DNA of 63,508 bases, filler included, from Octopus bimaculoides (lineage: Eukaryota), in NCBI RefSeq assembly GCF_001194135.2. It is 5 parts of 5 records of this genome, joined end to end, with 100 filler letters (N's around TTAATTAATTAA, not from the genome) between each part and the next. Parts side by side here need not be neighbours in the genome. Positions count along the whole stretch, not along the records: positions 23,845 to 38,362 come from NC_068987.1; 4 more parts are not named here. The stretch is one strand, 5' to 3'. Of the stretch, positions 25,519-37,617 are shown in pieces; position 1 is the first letter of the stretch; each line of letters begins with the position of its first letter. The position numbers and the translations under genes were made by a program. Under the pieces are notes generated by a model. It did no database searches. It was given only the letters and a program-made list of their open reading frames with translations, and was not told the origin of the DNA.

Positions 25519-25860
25519 AGAGAGAGGAGATCAGAGAGAGAGGAGATCAGAGAGAGAGAGAGAGATCAGAGAGAGAGGAGATCAGAGAGAGAGAGAGATC
25601 AGAGAGAGAGGAGATCAGAGAGAGAGGAGATCAGAGAGAGAGAGGAGATCAGAGAGAGAGAGGAGATCAGAGAGAGAGAGAGAAAAGGAGATCAGAGAGA
25701 GAGAGAAAAGGAGATCAGAGAGAGAGAGAGAAAAGGAGATCAGAGAGAGAGAGAGTGAGAGAGAAAGGAATCAGAGAGAGAGAGAAAAGATCAGAGAGAG
25801 AGAGAGAGAGAGATCAGAGAGAGAGGAGATCAGAGAGAGAGAAAGAGATGAGAAAGTGGG
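25519..25860. repeat. GA-rich minisatellite (AGAGAGGAGATC)n
   Basis: Repeated GGAGATCAGAGAGAG units. Confidence 0.9.
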
Positions 25861-26128
25861 AAAGAAAAAGGAGCGGAGGAGGAAGTTTTTGTGGTGTAGT
25901 GTGACTGTACCCAGATGAAATTGAAGCAGTAATTTGGTTTCAATTACAAGCTAAAATCTAATCCCTTTTTACACAACTAAATGCCAGGGAGAGACGGTAT
26001 GACTGTGCCAACTCCCAAGAAATTTGAACCCTATTATTTTGATAGGTCATCACTTGTATGCATATGGGTGAGTAATGGTTTGCTTTTTTTACATTACTAA
26101 GTATCCATCAATGGGGAACTGAATATGT

Positions 26129-26516
26129 TGTTGTTGTTGGCACTCCGTCGCTTACGACGTCGAGGGTTCCAGTCAATCCGATCAACGGAACAGCCTGCTC
26201 GTGAAATTAACGTGCAAGTGGCTGAGAACTCCACAGACACGTGTACCCTTAACGTAGTTCTCGGGGATATTCAGCGTGACACAGTGTGACAAGGCTGACC
26301 CTTTGAATTACAGGCACAACAGAAACAGGAAGAAAGAGTGAGAGAAAGTTGTGGTGAAAGAGTACAGCAGGGTTTGCCACCATCCCCTGCTGGAGCCTCG
26401 TGGGGCTTTAGGTGCTTTCGCTCAATAAACACTCACAACGCCCGGTCTGGGAATCGAAACCGTGATCCTATGACCACGAATCTGCTGCCCTAACCACTGG
26501 GCCATTGCGCCTCCAC
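26129..26516 (-). mobile_element. Young full-length tRNA-derived SINE family E with 12-bp TSD
   Basis: Minus-strand head GTGGAGGCGCAATGGCCCAGTGGTTAGGG (A box) and GGTTTCGATTCC (B box), (CAA)n tail, TSD AACTGAATATGT at 26117-26128 and 26517-26528. Confidence 0.92.
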
Positions 26517-26667
26517 AACTGAATATGTAACTTAGATCTAATAAACACAAGCATGGCTGTGTAGTTAAGCAGTTGGTTTCTCAACCCAATCAACCTCTGG
26601 GCAGATAAGGGACTGCCCTGTGAGTGGATTTGATAAAAGCAAACTGAGAAAGAATATTGTCAGGAGA

Positions 26668-26703
<36 letters not shown>

Positions 26704-27009
26704 ATTAAAAAGTTATAATGTTTGCATAGTGTTCTGTTGGAATTTCTCTCATTAATAAATTACCCACTCGCTCAATGCCTTTTAAGCCATGTGGCTTGAA
26801 AGACAGATAAGGGTTGGGCTTCAGGAGTGGCATTCAATTGCAAAACAATGTCTAAACCATGCCAACCTGGAAAAGCAGATGTAAAACAAACAGAAATCTA
26901 TCTGCCTGGCCATTAGGATAATGTGGGCTTTGTGTGTACGTATGCATGCAAGCGCAGGCACACACACACACACACACACACATGCACAGAGTGGACTTTT
27001 TATTCATTA

Positions 27010-27369
27010 TCTTTTACTTGTTTCAGTCAATGGATAATGGCCATGCTGGGGCACAACACTGAAAAGTTCAGTCAAACAAATTGACACCAGCACTTATTTT
27101 CAAGTCTGGCACTTATTTTATTGGTCTCTTGCCACACTGCTAAGTTATGGGGATGTGAACAAACTAACAACGGTAGTGGGTGGACAACCACAAAGACACA
27201 CACACACACACAACAGGCTTCCACATGGTTTCCACCAACCAAATCTACTCACAAGGTATTGGTCAAAGTAGAAGACACTTGCCCAAAGTACCAAAGTGCA
27301 GTGGGACTGAACCTGAAATACTGTGGTTACAAAGCAAGCTTCTTACACCACACAGCCAAGCCTGCACCT
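27010..27369 (-). mobile_element. SINE family A
   Basis: CTTTTACTTGTTTCAGTC..GGCCATGCTGGGGCAC..(CA)n..GAAGACACTTGCCCAAAG..GTGGGACTGAACC. Confidence 0.75.
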
Positions 27370-27584
27370 CATGATATTTCAGCTAAAATATCTAACATCA
27401 TAATAGCACAGTGAGTACATCTGCCTCTTATTTGAGACTTGCAACACAAGTTAGATAAATTATGAAGTACTGAAGGATGGCCTCAGGATGCTGAACCTTT
27501 AGACAACATGATGGAGGACTGAGATACCTGGCACCTTGCTGTACTCAAGAAGACTCCATACTCCACAGCAGAAGTGCATTGGCC

Positions 27585-27752
27585 AGTAAGAGTCCTGTGC
27601 TGGTGCACTGGCACATAGAGGAGTACTTGTGCAGTGGCAATATAAAAGCACTCTGAACACTTTAGTGGTTGGCATTAGGAAGGGCATTCAGCTGTAGAAA
27701 CCATGCCAAATCAGACTGGAGCCTGGTGCAGCACTCCAGTTTGCCAGCCCTG
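27585..27752 (+). mobile_element. Family D fragment
   Basis: GTGGTTGGCATTAGGAAGGGCATTCAGCTGTAGAAACC..AGACTGGAGCCTGGTGCAGC. Confidence 0.65.
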
Positions 27753-27921
27753 GAATAGGAAGCCTAGAGCTGAGGGAGTACCAATAAACACACTCAGGTG
27801 GAAGGTATGGTATTTAGGTCAATCTAAATTGCAGCATGTCCTCAAAGGTAAAATCATACAGCTTACAACCTCATGAAAACAACTAGCTGGTAGATTTGGT
27901 CAACTGATGTTATCTTCCTTC

Positions 27922-28735
27922 ATCTTTTATTAGTTTCAGTCATTGGACTATGGTCATGCTGGGGCACCACACCTTGAAGAGTTTTTAGTCTGACAGATCA
28001 ATGTCAGTACTTATTCAATTGGTCTCATAGCTGAGCTGCTAAGTTAAAAGGATATAAACAAACCAACACTGGTTGCCTTGTGGTGGGGGAGGTGGTAGTG
28101 GGACACAAACACAGGGGCAAAGATTCACATGCACACGCTTCTATCTATCTATCTATCTATTCATTCATCCATCCATCCACCCACCACACATATGAAAGCA
28201 CATGGCTCAGTGGTTAGAACATCAGGCTCACAATCATGAGGTAGTGAGTTCGATTCCTGAACCAGGCTGTGTGTTGTGTTCTTGAGCAAGACACTTTATT
28301 TCACGTTGCTCCAGTTTATTCATCTGTAGAAATGAGTTGCGATGTCACTGGTGCCAAGCTATATCGGCCATTGCCTTTCCCTTGGATAACATCGGTGGCT
28401 TGGAGAGGTGAAGCTGGTATGCATGGGCGACTGCTGGTCTTCCATAAACAACCTTGCCTGGACTTGTACCTCAGAGGGGAACTTTCTAGGTACAATCCCT
28501 TGGTCATTCATGACCGAAGGGGGTCTTTACCTTTTACCCTTTTACACCACACACACACACATGCACACACGCTAACATACACATGATGGCTTCCACAGTT
28601 TCCGTCTACCAAATCCACTCACCTTGGTCAACCCAGAGCTAGAGTCGGAAACACTTACTCAAGATGCTGCACAGTGGAACTAAACTTGAAATCATATGGT
28701 TGCAAAGTGTACTTCTTAACTACATGGCCATGCTT
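27922..28735 (-). mobile_element. SINE family A split by a family F insertion
   Basis: 3' half at 27922-28140 and 5' half at ~28580-28735 (TTCCGTCTACCAAATCCACTCAC). Confidence 0.7.
28194..28544 (+). mobile_element. tRNA-derived SINE family F
   Basis: TGGCTCAGTGG A box, GAGTTCGATTCC B box, TGTGTTCTTGAGCAAGACACTT central motif, possible TSD CACCACACA (28182-28190 / 28545-28553). Second copy at 33351. Confidence 0.85.
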
Positions 28736-29973
28736 ATATGTAACTGTACTTGAATTAAAATCAAATCAACAGAATAACTGAATTTCAGAATATAAGGGGA
28801 CATAATCACTGATTTTGATTTACTCTCCGACTTCGTTCTTCATTGGTGGCGGTGGGGTGACGGTAATGGTAGTGGGGTAAATAAATATTGATATTGCGTT
28901 GGTGTCAAATTGATTGCAACCCACCTTCAAAACTTGTGACCTTGTGTGCCAAAATGAGAGGTCATGATGATGATAATGATGATGACTATGACAAGTATAA
29001 TGAGCATCCTTCTTGACAGCCGCAAAGAGTGTGATCATACACAACCATCTTCTCCTTCCCACCCCACTCTCTTACTCTCTTTTCTTTCTCTCAGACACNN
29101 NNNNNNNNNNNNNNNNNNNNNNNNNNNNNNNNNNNNNNNNNNNNNNNNNNNNNNNNNNNNNNNNNNNNNNNNNNNNNNNNNNNNNNNNNNNNNNNNNNNN
29201 NNNNNNNNNNNNNNNNNNNNNNNNNNNNNNNNNNNNNNNNNNNNNNNNNNNNNNNNNNNNNNNNNNNNNNNNNNNNNNNNNNNNNNNNNNNNNNNNNNNN
29301 NNNNNNNNNNNNNNNNNNNNNNNNNNNNNNNNNNNNNNNNNNNNNNNNNNNNNNNNNNNNNNNNNNNNNNNNNNNNNNNNNNNNNNNNNNNNNNNNNNNN
29401 NNNNNNNNNNNNNNNNNNNNNNNNNNNNNNNNNNNNNNNNNNNNNNNNNNNNNNNNNNNNNNNNNNNNNNNNNNNNNNNNNNNNNNNNNNNNNNNNNNNN
29501 NNNNNNNNNNNNNNNNNNNNNNNNNNNNNNNNNNNNNNNNNNNNNNNNNNNNNNNNNNNNNNNNNNNNNNNNNNNNNNNNNNNNNNNNNNNNNNNNNNNN
29601 NNNNNNNNNNNNNNNNNNNNNNNNNNNNNNNNNNNNNNNNNNNNNNNNNNNNNNNNNNNNNNNNNNNNNNNNNNNNNNNNNNNNNNNNNNNNNNNNNNNN
29701 NNNNNNNNNNNNNNNNNNNNNNNNNNNNNNNNNNNNNNNNNNNNNNNNNNNNNNNNNNNNNNNNNNNNNNNNNNNNNNNNNNNNNNNNNNNNNNNNNNNN
29801 NNNNNNNNNNNNNNNNNNNNNNNNNNNNNNNNNNNNNNNNNNNNNNNNNNNNNNNNNNNNNNNNNNNNNNNNNNNNNNNNNNNNNNNNNNNNNNNNNNNN
29901 NNNNNNNNNNNNNNNNNNNNNNNNNNNNNNNNNNNNNNNNNNNNNNNNNNNNNNNNNNNNNNNNNNNNNNNNN

Positions 29974-30925
29974 AGTGGTGGTGTGGTGGTAGTGGTGGTG
30001 GTGATGATGTGGTGGTGGTGATGATGTGGTGGTAGTGGTGGTAGTGGTGGTGTGGTGGTAGTGGTGGTGTAGTGGTAGTGGTAATGTGGTGGTAGTGATG
30101 GTGTGGTGGTAGTGATGGTGTGGTGGTAGTGATGATGATGATGTACAAGTGTGGTGATGATGATGTACAAGCGTGGTGATGATGATGTACAAGCATGGAG
30201 ATGCTGTGGTTGTGGTCATGGAGGGGTGGTCACACTTGGTTGTGGATGTAAAATACTGATGCTGAATTAGATGGGGGGAAGGGTATATGTATTGGGTGGG
30301 GAGGGGCATTGGGTAGGCTTTTCATGTTGGGTAAGGGTCGATTGCAGCACACACAGGTGGTTGGCATAGGTGGGTGTGGTAGCAGGTAGGTGGCCAAATT
30401 GTATTGAGAGAGAGGAAGAGATGGAGACAAGGAGAGAAGACAGAGAAAGGGAGTAAGGAGACTCAGGGTGCAGGAGCCAAGAAATGGGGGGGAAAGAGCA
30501 TAAGTTGGAGAGGAGAAGAAACAAAGAGAAAGACAGAGAGAGCGAGTGAGATATGGTGTGAGAGAGAGAGAGAATGAGATATGGATAGAGAGAGAGAGTG
30601 AGATATGGAGAGAGAGAGAGTAAGATATGGGGAGAGAGAGATATATATGGGGAGAGAGAGATGGAGAGAGAGAGATGGAGAGAGAGAGTGAAGTATGGAA
30701 AGAGAGAGTGAGATATGGAGAGAGAGAGATGGAGAGAGAGAGATGGAGAGAGAGAGATGGAGAGAGAGAGAGATAGGGAGAGAGAGATGGAGAGATAGAG
30801 AGTAGTATGGAGAGCGAGTGAGATATGGTGTGAGAGAGAGAGAGAGTGAGATATGGAGAGAGAGAGAGTGAGATATGGAGAGAGAGAGAGAGAGAGAGAG
30901 TGAGAGAGAGATATGGAGAGAGTGA
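29974..30925. repeat. Low-complexity block: (GTG/GTA)n, then (GAGAGATATGGA)-type GA minisatellite
   Basis: Read directly from the sequence. Confidence 0.85.
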
Positions 30926-32001
30926 AAGATTTGGAGAAAAATGAGTAGCTGATTGAGAGAGTGACTACATTCAAAATGTATTGATTAGTAAAAACCATTG
31001 TAGCAGGGAGAGTACATGGTGGTGGTGGTGATAATTCGGTGTATTATTCTATGGAGAATTTGACAATGATCAGAAGACTATTTCAGATAACAATAACAAC
31101 AAAAACAGGAAAAAAAAAGACAATATAGAAAGAAAAAAAAAAAAACTGAAATTCTTTAAATATATTTACTTTATTTATTATTTTATTAGTTATTTTCTTT
31201 TTGTAAATTGTTTCTATCATTTTATTTTAATATTATTTGTTTTTCTAAATTTAAATATTTTTTTAATCATTTAAATTTTTTTTTATTCCATTCATAGATC
31301 TGTTTGTTTTTTTTTGTTGTTTTTTTGGTAGTTGTTTTTTGTTTTTAAAGAACAATTAAAGACAGGCGAATAGAAAGCTGAGTTATGTACCACAATAGNN
31401 NNNNNNNNNNNNNNNNNNNNNNNNNNNNNNNNNNNNNNNNNNNNNNNNNNNNNNNNNNNNNNNNNNNNNNNNNNNNNNNNNNNNNNNNNNNNNNNNNNNN
31501 NNNNNNNNNNNNNNNNNNNNNNNNNNNNNNNNNNNNNNNNNNNNNNNNNNNNNNNNNNNNNNNNNNNNNNNNNNNNNNNNNNNNNNNNNNNNNNNNNNNN
31601 NNNNNNNNNNNNNNNNNNNNNNNNNNNNNNNNNNNNNNNNNNNNNNNNNNNNNNNNNNNNNNNNNNNNNNNNNNNNNNNNNNNNNNNNNNNNNNNNNNNN
31701 NNNNNNNNNNNNNNNNNNNNNNNNNNNNNNNNNNNNNNNNNNNNNNNNNNNNNNNNNNNNNNNNNNNNNNNNNNNNNNNNNNNNNNNNNNNNNNNNNNNN
31801 NNNNNNNNNNNNNNNNNNNNNNNNNNNNNNNNNNNNNNNNNNNNNNNNNNNNNNNNNNNNNNNNNNNNNNNNNNNNNNNNNNNNNNNNNNNNNNNNNNNN
31901 NNNNAGTTCCCTATGTAGGTATGTATGTGTACGTGAGGGCTTTTGTTTGTATATGATTCACATGTACACGTATGCAAGGCTTTTGTAGTGGAGTCATACC
32001 T

Positions 32002-32037
<36 letters not shown>

Positions 32038-32183
32038 GCTTCTGTGTAAATTAAAGGTTTTTTTTATACAGGAAACATGTGCACATGTATATGCAAGTGT
32101 GAAGACTTTTATGGAGCAATCATGTGGATGTGTATACGTGATGTGATGTAAGGGTTTTTACCTGGAGGATCGACATTCTTTTA

Positions 32184-32565
32184 TTCTTTTACTTGCTTCA
32201 ATCATTTTGACAGTGGTCATGCTGGAGCACTGCCCTGAAGAGTTTTAGTCGAATAAATCGACCCCAGGAGTTTTTTTTTTAAGCTAAGTACTTATTCTAT
32301 CAGTCTCTTTTGCTGAACTGCTAAACTACAGGGACATGAGTACACCAGTACCAGTTGTCAATTAGTGGTGGAGGACAAACATAGAGAAACACACACACAC
32401 ACACACATGGCAGGCTTCTTCCAGTTTCTGTCAACCAAATCCAATAGCAAGGTTTGAGTCAGCCCAAGGCTATAGTAAGAGACATTTGCCCAAGGTAACA
32501 TAAAGTGCGACTGAACTTGGAACCATGTGGTTGGGAAACAAGCTTCTTACCACTTGGCCATGCCT
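32184..32565 (-). mobile_element. SINE family A, near full length
   Basis: CTTTTACTTGCTTCAATCA..GCTGGAGCAC..AATCGACCCCAGG..(CA)n..TTGCCCAAGG..GGAACCATGTGGTTGG. Confidence 0.8.
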
Positions 32566-33350
32566 GAAACTAGTCACAAATAAACTTCTTCAGCTTACTT
32601 GTGACTAGTTTCAAAGTAGGGTCAGAGTCCTTAACTACAGACCCAAAAGACTGATACAAAAACAACAACCATACAGTTATTTACAGAACAACAGTGAGAC
32701 ATGGTTGGCAGGAAAGAAGTTGTCATTTAGCCCCAGGGAAGCTCTGACTGAGCAGACCTATTATCAAAAATATTCTAGCTTTAATCATCCTATCTTTTCC
32801 TACATGTAAGTCTACATTAACCGATGTGCTTTTTACATTTCTGAAGACAGTAGGAGGCTATCTGATGAAGATTTGGTTGCTACTTCTAATGGGTGCAGCA
32901 GTTTTGTAGAAGCTTCTCTGGTAATTCAAGGGAGGAAAAGTGATGTCTGAGGTCCCTTGTAGGTTACTTATCCAACCACCTGTATGCTAATGACCAAAAG
33001 CAAGATTTATGGTCCTCTCTCATGCCAAAACCTTGTATTAAACTGCATGCAGAACCCCTGCAGAGCTGAAAGGTCATGATGACCTAAACAGTGTTTAAAA
33101 TACAGTACTCTAAGGGTTGTAAATATTTCATTTTATTTATTGACGTTGTAATTAAAATACTATTAAGTTGATTTAGACAGAGAGGGTTAAGAGCTGAACA
33201 GCATGCTAGGCGAAAGGAACAAAGGTCAACCACATGATCACATGACTGAAGACAGCCTTAACTTCAATGGTATGAAGTTCCATGCTGACCAAAAATTCAG
33301 TTTCTATAACAGATATGTCGTACAGTTAACACTAATGTAATATACCACAT

Positions 33351-33680
33351 GAAGGCACACGGCTCAGTGGTTAGAGTGTTGGGCTCACAATCATGAGGTA
33401 GTGAGTTCAATTCCTGGATCAGGCTGTGTGTTGTGTTCTTGAGCAAGTTCACATTGCTCCAGTTCACTCAACTGTAGAAAGGAGTTGTCACTGGTGCCAA
33501 GCTGTATCAACCTCTGCCTTTCTCTTGGATAACATCAGTAGCATGGAAAGAGGAGAATGGTATGCATGGGTGACTGTTGGTCTTTCATAAACAACCTTGC
33601 CTGGACTTGTGCTTCAGAGGGGTACTTTCTAGGTGCAATCTCATGGTCATTCATGACCGAAGGGGCTTTTTACTCCCTTT
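33351..33680 (+). mobile_element. SINE family F with 11-bp TSD
   Basis: Homologous to 28194-28544; TAATATACCAC at 33338-33348 and 33681-33691. Confidence 0.88.
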
Positions 33681-34158
33681 TAATATACCACGCCTCACAA
33701 GAGCTCTCAAAAAGATGTTTTGTCACAACAACATTAGAATAATTGATTTGAACCTTATTCAGAAGTGTAGGCAGTGACACTCTAGTAAATAGTTAGAATA
33801 GAGCTGTCTTAGTGTAATGACAGTCTGGTCTAGTGCTACTATAATATAGTACTAAAGGGAGTGGGACAAATTAGCTTCTTGTTTTGGCATGTATGTCTAC
33901 TCCGTGGGTGCTATCTGTGGCATTGGGGTGTCTCTACCTTCTGCATGCATTTCCGATTTTGTACAGGTAATTTTTCATTTATGAGGACATACTCTTATAT
34001 TTGTCTAAGTGATGGGCCCTTCGAATGCTTGGACATAATGCAGATGTCAATTCTGCACAAACACATGACCATATGTACACACACATACACAGACATATAA
34101 AGGCACACATGCATACTTACACAAACTCATATGCATATGCACACATAAAGAAGCAGAG

Positions 34159-34192
<34 letters not shown>

Positions 34193-34491
34193 CAAATCTC
34201 AGACAAATGTGGCCTCAATAATAGACTATGCCAGTAGTCATTGAAAAGGTTGCAAGTAGCAACGAAAGAGCTTTGAGAAGCAAAAAAAACGAATCAGTTG
34301 GATATTTAACCAACTGACTAATAATAGAGGAAAGGAATAGAATTGAACCAGCGTGTGTTAATTATATTGGCATAATGATTCAGACACAACAAAAATTGTT
34401 TCAACACACAAATTCACATAAAGAATCTTGCAAACCAGATACAAAAATGAAGTGTGTGTGTGTGTGTGTGTATNNNNNNNNNNAAAATGAA

Positions 34492-34530
<39 letters not shown>

Positions 34531-34693
34531 ATTATCTCTGTTCCCTATGCTGGCATGGGTTGAACGGTTTGACACGGCCTTGCAAGCCAGAAAGCTATTT
34601 TACACATACATGTATGTGTGTGCAAAGGAAGTGGGGTTTGTGTATCTATCTTGACATAGTGTGAGCATTATAACCATGTGTCACCACCATACA

Positions 34694-35074
34694 GTGGAGG
34701 CGCAATGGCCCAGTGGTTAGGGCAGCGGACTCGCGGTCATAGGATCGCAGTTTCGATTCCCAGACCGGGCGTTGTGAGTGTTTATTGAGCGAAAACACCT
34801 AAAGGTCCACGAGGCTCCGGCAGGGGATGGTGGCGAACCCTGCTGTACTCTTTCACCACAACTTTCTCTCACTCTTACTTCCTGTTTCTGTTGTGCCTGT
34901 AATTCAAAGGGACAGCCTTGTCACACTGTGTCACGCTGAATATCCCCGAGAACTACGTTAAGGGTACACGTGTCTGTGGAATGCTCAGCCACTTGCACGT
35001 TAATTTCACGAGCAGGCTGTTCCGTTGATCGGATCAACTGGAACCCTCAACGTCGTAAGCGACAGAGTGCCAAG
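34694..35074 (+). mobile_element. Young full-length SINE family E with 11-bp TSD
   Basis: A box 34706-34716, B box 34750-34760, TSD ACCACCATACA at 34683-34693 and 35075-35085. Inverted relative to the 26129-26516 copy. Confidence 0.92.
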
Positions 35075-35818
35075 ACCACCATACAAGCAGCATCATTCAT
35101 TCCCAATCTTCCATATAAATATGCCTGATCATGGGGAAATAATACATTAAGTGAAGCTAGGTAAGGGTTGGTGACACGAAGGGCGTCAGGCTATAGAAAA
35201 CCTGCCTCAAAAAATTCCAAAGATGGAAAAGTAGAAGCCAAAACAATGACAATGATGAAGCTCCATGTTGTTGCTGATGTTTAACCTCAGGTCTGTTGAA
35301 CTGTTTTCTGATCCAAATTATTCTGTGACCAAAATCATTTTTCTTTGTCCCAGACTGTATCAACAACATCATCTTTTTAAGGTAATAAGGTAATATTTAA
35401 AGGAGACTTGACAGCTATTTCTAGCAGGTTGTGCAATCACATTGATACTTTCTTTCACTGGCCCAAGAAAGTGAACATTGTATTGTGTCCTACTATTAAA
35501 CTTTTTTTTTAAAACTAAAATGGTAGCAAATAAAGGTGCCATTGAAACAGATCTAAGTGGTCTGGAACAAGAACAGGATCAAAGAAATTAATCAGAAAGC
35601 CAAAACAAAGAGAAACAAAAGACACTTGTGTTAGCTACTTACTTGAAGTAATGCAATAAAGAGAAAAAACTGGTTAGCATATCTCCCAAACTGCTCAAAC
35701 AAAAACTTTGGAAGAAACGAGGCAAAATTGTATTTGGCAGTGCTGAAATAAAGGGAAAAGAAGAACAATGAAAGAAACATGAAAAGAAGAAGAAATACAG
35801 ACAAAATATGTCAAGTGC

Positions 35819-35854
<36 letters not shown>

Positions 35855-35855
<1 letters not shown>

Positions 35856-36125
35856 ATCATCATTGCTTAATGTCCATCTTCCATGCATGCATGGGTAGGA
35901 TGGTTGACAGGAGCTTGCCAGATGAAAAACTGCCCTAGGCTACTGTGTCTGTTTTGGCAGAGATTTTATGGCTGGATGCCCTTCCTAGCACCACCCACTC
36001 CACAGAGTGGACTCAGTGCCTTTTACATGCCACTAGCACAGCGAGGTTAGTTTTGGCATGAATTTTACAGCTGGATGCCCTTCCAAATGCCAACCATGTT
36101 ACAATGTAGACTGGATGCTTTTAAC
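35855..36125 (-). mobile_element. Family D element with internal duplication
   Basis: CATCATCAT tail on the left; GCTGGATGCCCTTCC occurs twice (~35971 and ~36071). Confidence 0.65.
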
Positions 36126-36495
36126 GTGGCATATATAAAAAAAACAAGGGAGTTGAATGAAATTAAACTTGTCCTTATCATCAATGACATTATTGCAACT
36201 TTCACGTTTTTGTTCAAAGACTGAAAATGATAGGCACTGATACCACACTTGTATTTAGTACTGACTCACACAAAATCTCTTGTGGTGACTTCTGGCTCTT
36301 TACATTCTGAGGTCAGATACCACTGAGGTCAGCTTTACTTTTCACATCTCCAAGATTGATAAAACAAAATACCAGTCAAGTACTGAGATACTGATGATAT
36401 CAACTAATCTCCTTCACCAAATTTCAGGCTTTGTGCTTATGCTAGAAACATTTACTGTGTTACAATCTAGAAGTAGCAGTAATAGTAATAATAAT

Positions 36496-36699
36496 AAAGC
36501 AACAATACTCAGGGATATGCCAATACAGACAGATAGAGAAATTAAGGCCAATATGCCAGATATAGTTGCCAGAGATCACCAAGAAAAAAAAATGCTTTCT
36601 AATTGATGTATCGGTACCAACAGATGACAATGTTTCTCTAAAAGAAATGGAGAAACTTTCAAAATACAAAGACCTGGAAATAAAGGTAACTCGAATGTG
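36496..36699 (+). pseudogene. Restriction-like endonuclease (PD-D-xK) domain fragment of an R4/Dong-like non-LTR retrotransposon
   Basis: KATILRDMPIQTDREIKANMPDIVARDHQEKK(frameshift in poly-A)CFLIDVSVPTDDNVSLKEMEKLSKYKDLEIKVTRM, which fits the RLE pattern RPDI..IDV.P...K.EK..KY.DL. Confidence 0.8.
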
Positions 36700-36871
36700 T
36701 GGATTCTACTATAAATCTGGGCCAACCTTGTGAGTGGATTTGGTAGCTGTAAATAATCCTTTTTCTATAGGCACAAGGCTTGAAATTTTAGAGGAGGGGG
36801 TAGTCGATTACACTGATCTCAGTGGAATTTTAACCCAGAACATAAAATTATTATAACTGAAAGAAGACCTA

Positions 36872-36906
<35 letters not shown>

Positions 36907-37575
36907 GTGTGTGTTTGTGCGCGCGCGCGCGTGTGTGTATAAAAGGATGCCTGTCTGTGTGTCTGCATGAGTGGCTTTGCATTTCCCTCATCTACATACA
37001 TATTCGCTTGCTGATTACAAATAATGGTCTTGTTCATATGTCCTGCTTGCAGTCCACTGCAAAAGCTTGTCCAGGCTTTTTTTTTTTTTTACATGCCTTG
37101 ACATCTTGCACAATCTTTGTAGACAAAAACCTCATTCATACAAAATTGTTTGCTTCCGATTCTGCATGTGGGCATGTCTGAATAGTTTGTTATTCGATAG
37201 CTTGGAAGATTATTTATCACACTTGGAAACAAGCAGGGATTAACAACAGGAAGGGTATGCAGAAGCAGAAAACTCTGCTCCAACATACACTCATCTGACC
37301 CATGCAAACATGGAAAAGTAAGCATTGAAATGATAATTCAAATTCATGTTGTAGGACAAGTTTCAGTTTCAATAAAAACCATATTCTCTAAAAACAAAGT
37401 GAACACTTCTCTCTCATTTCTCCGACACAAATCAACATGCATATATGTGGTGAGATTCAGCATAGTTTCCATATGGCTTTGAAGACACAAAGCTACCAGA
37501 CTGTTTGACAGGGAAAATAACGACAATGTCACAGTTTGTAGGTCAGCAATTTTTGGAGGTGTGCAATGGGAAACA

Positions 37576-37617
<42 letters not shown>

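Noticed and set aside
25519-30925. Regular GA-rich repeat arrays superficially like repeat-spacer (CRISPR-type) arrays
   Set aside because: The spacers are just variable (GA)n with no unique content, in a eukaryotic context.
34444-34513. Exact AAAATGAAGTGTG... duplication around a 10-N gap
   Set aside because: Typical unmerged contig overlap artefact.
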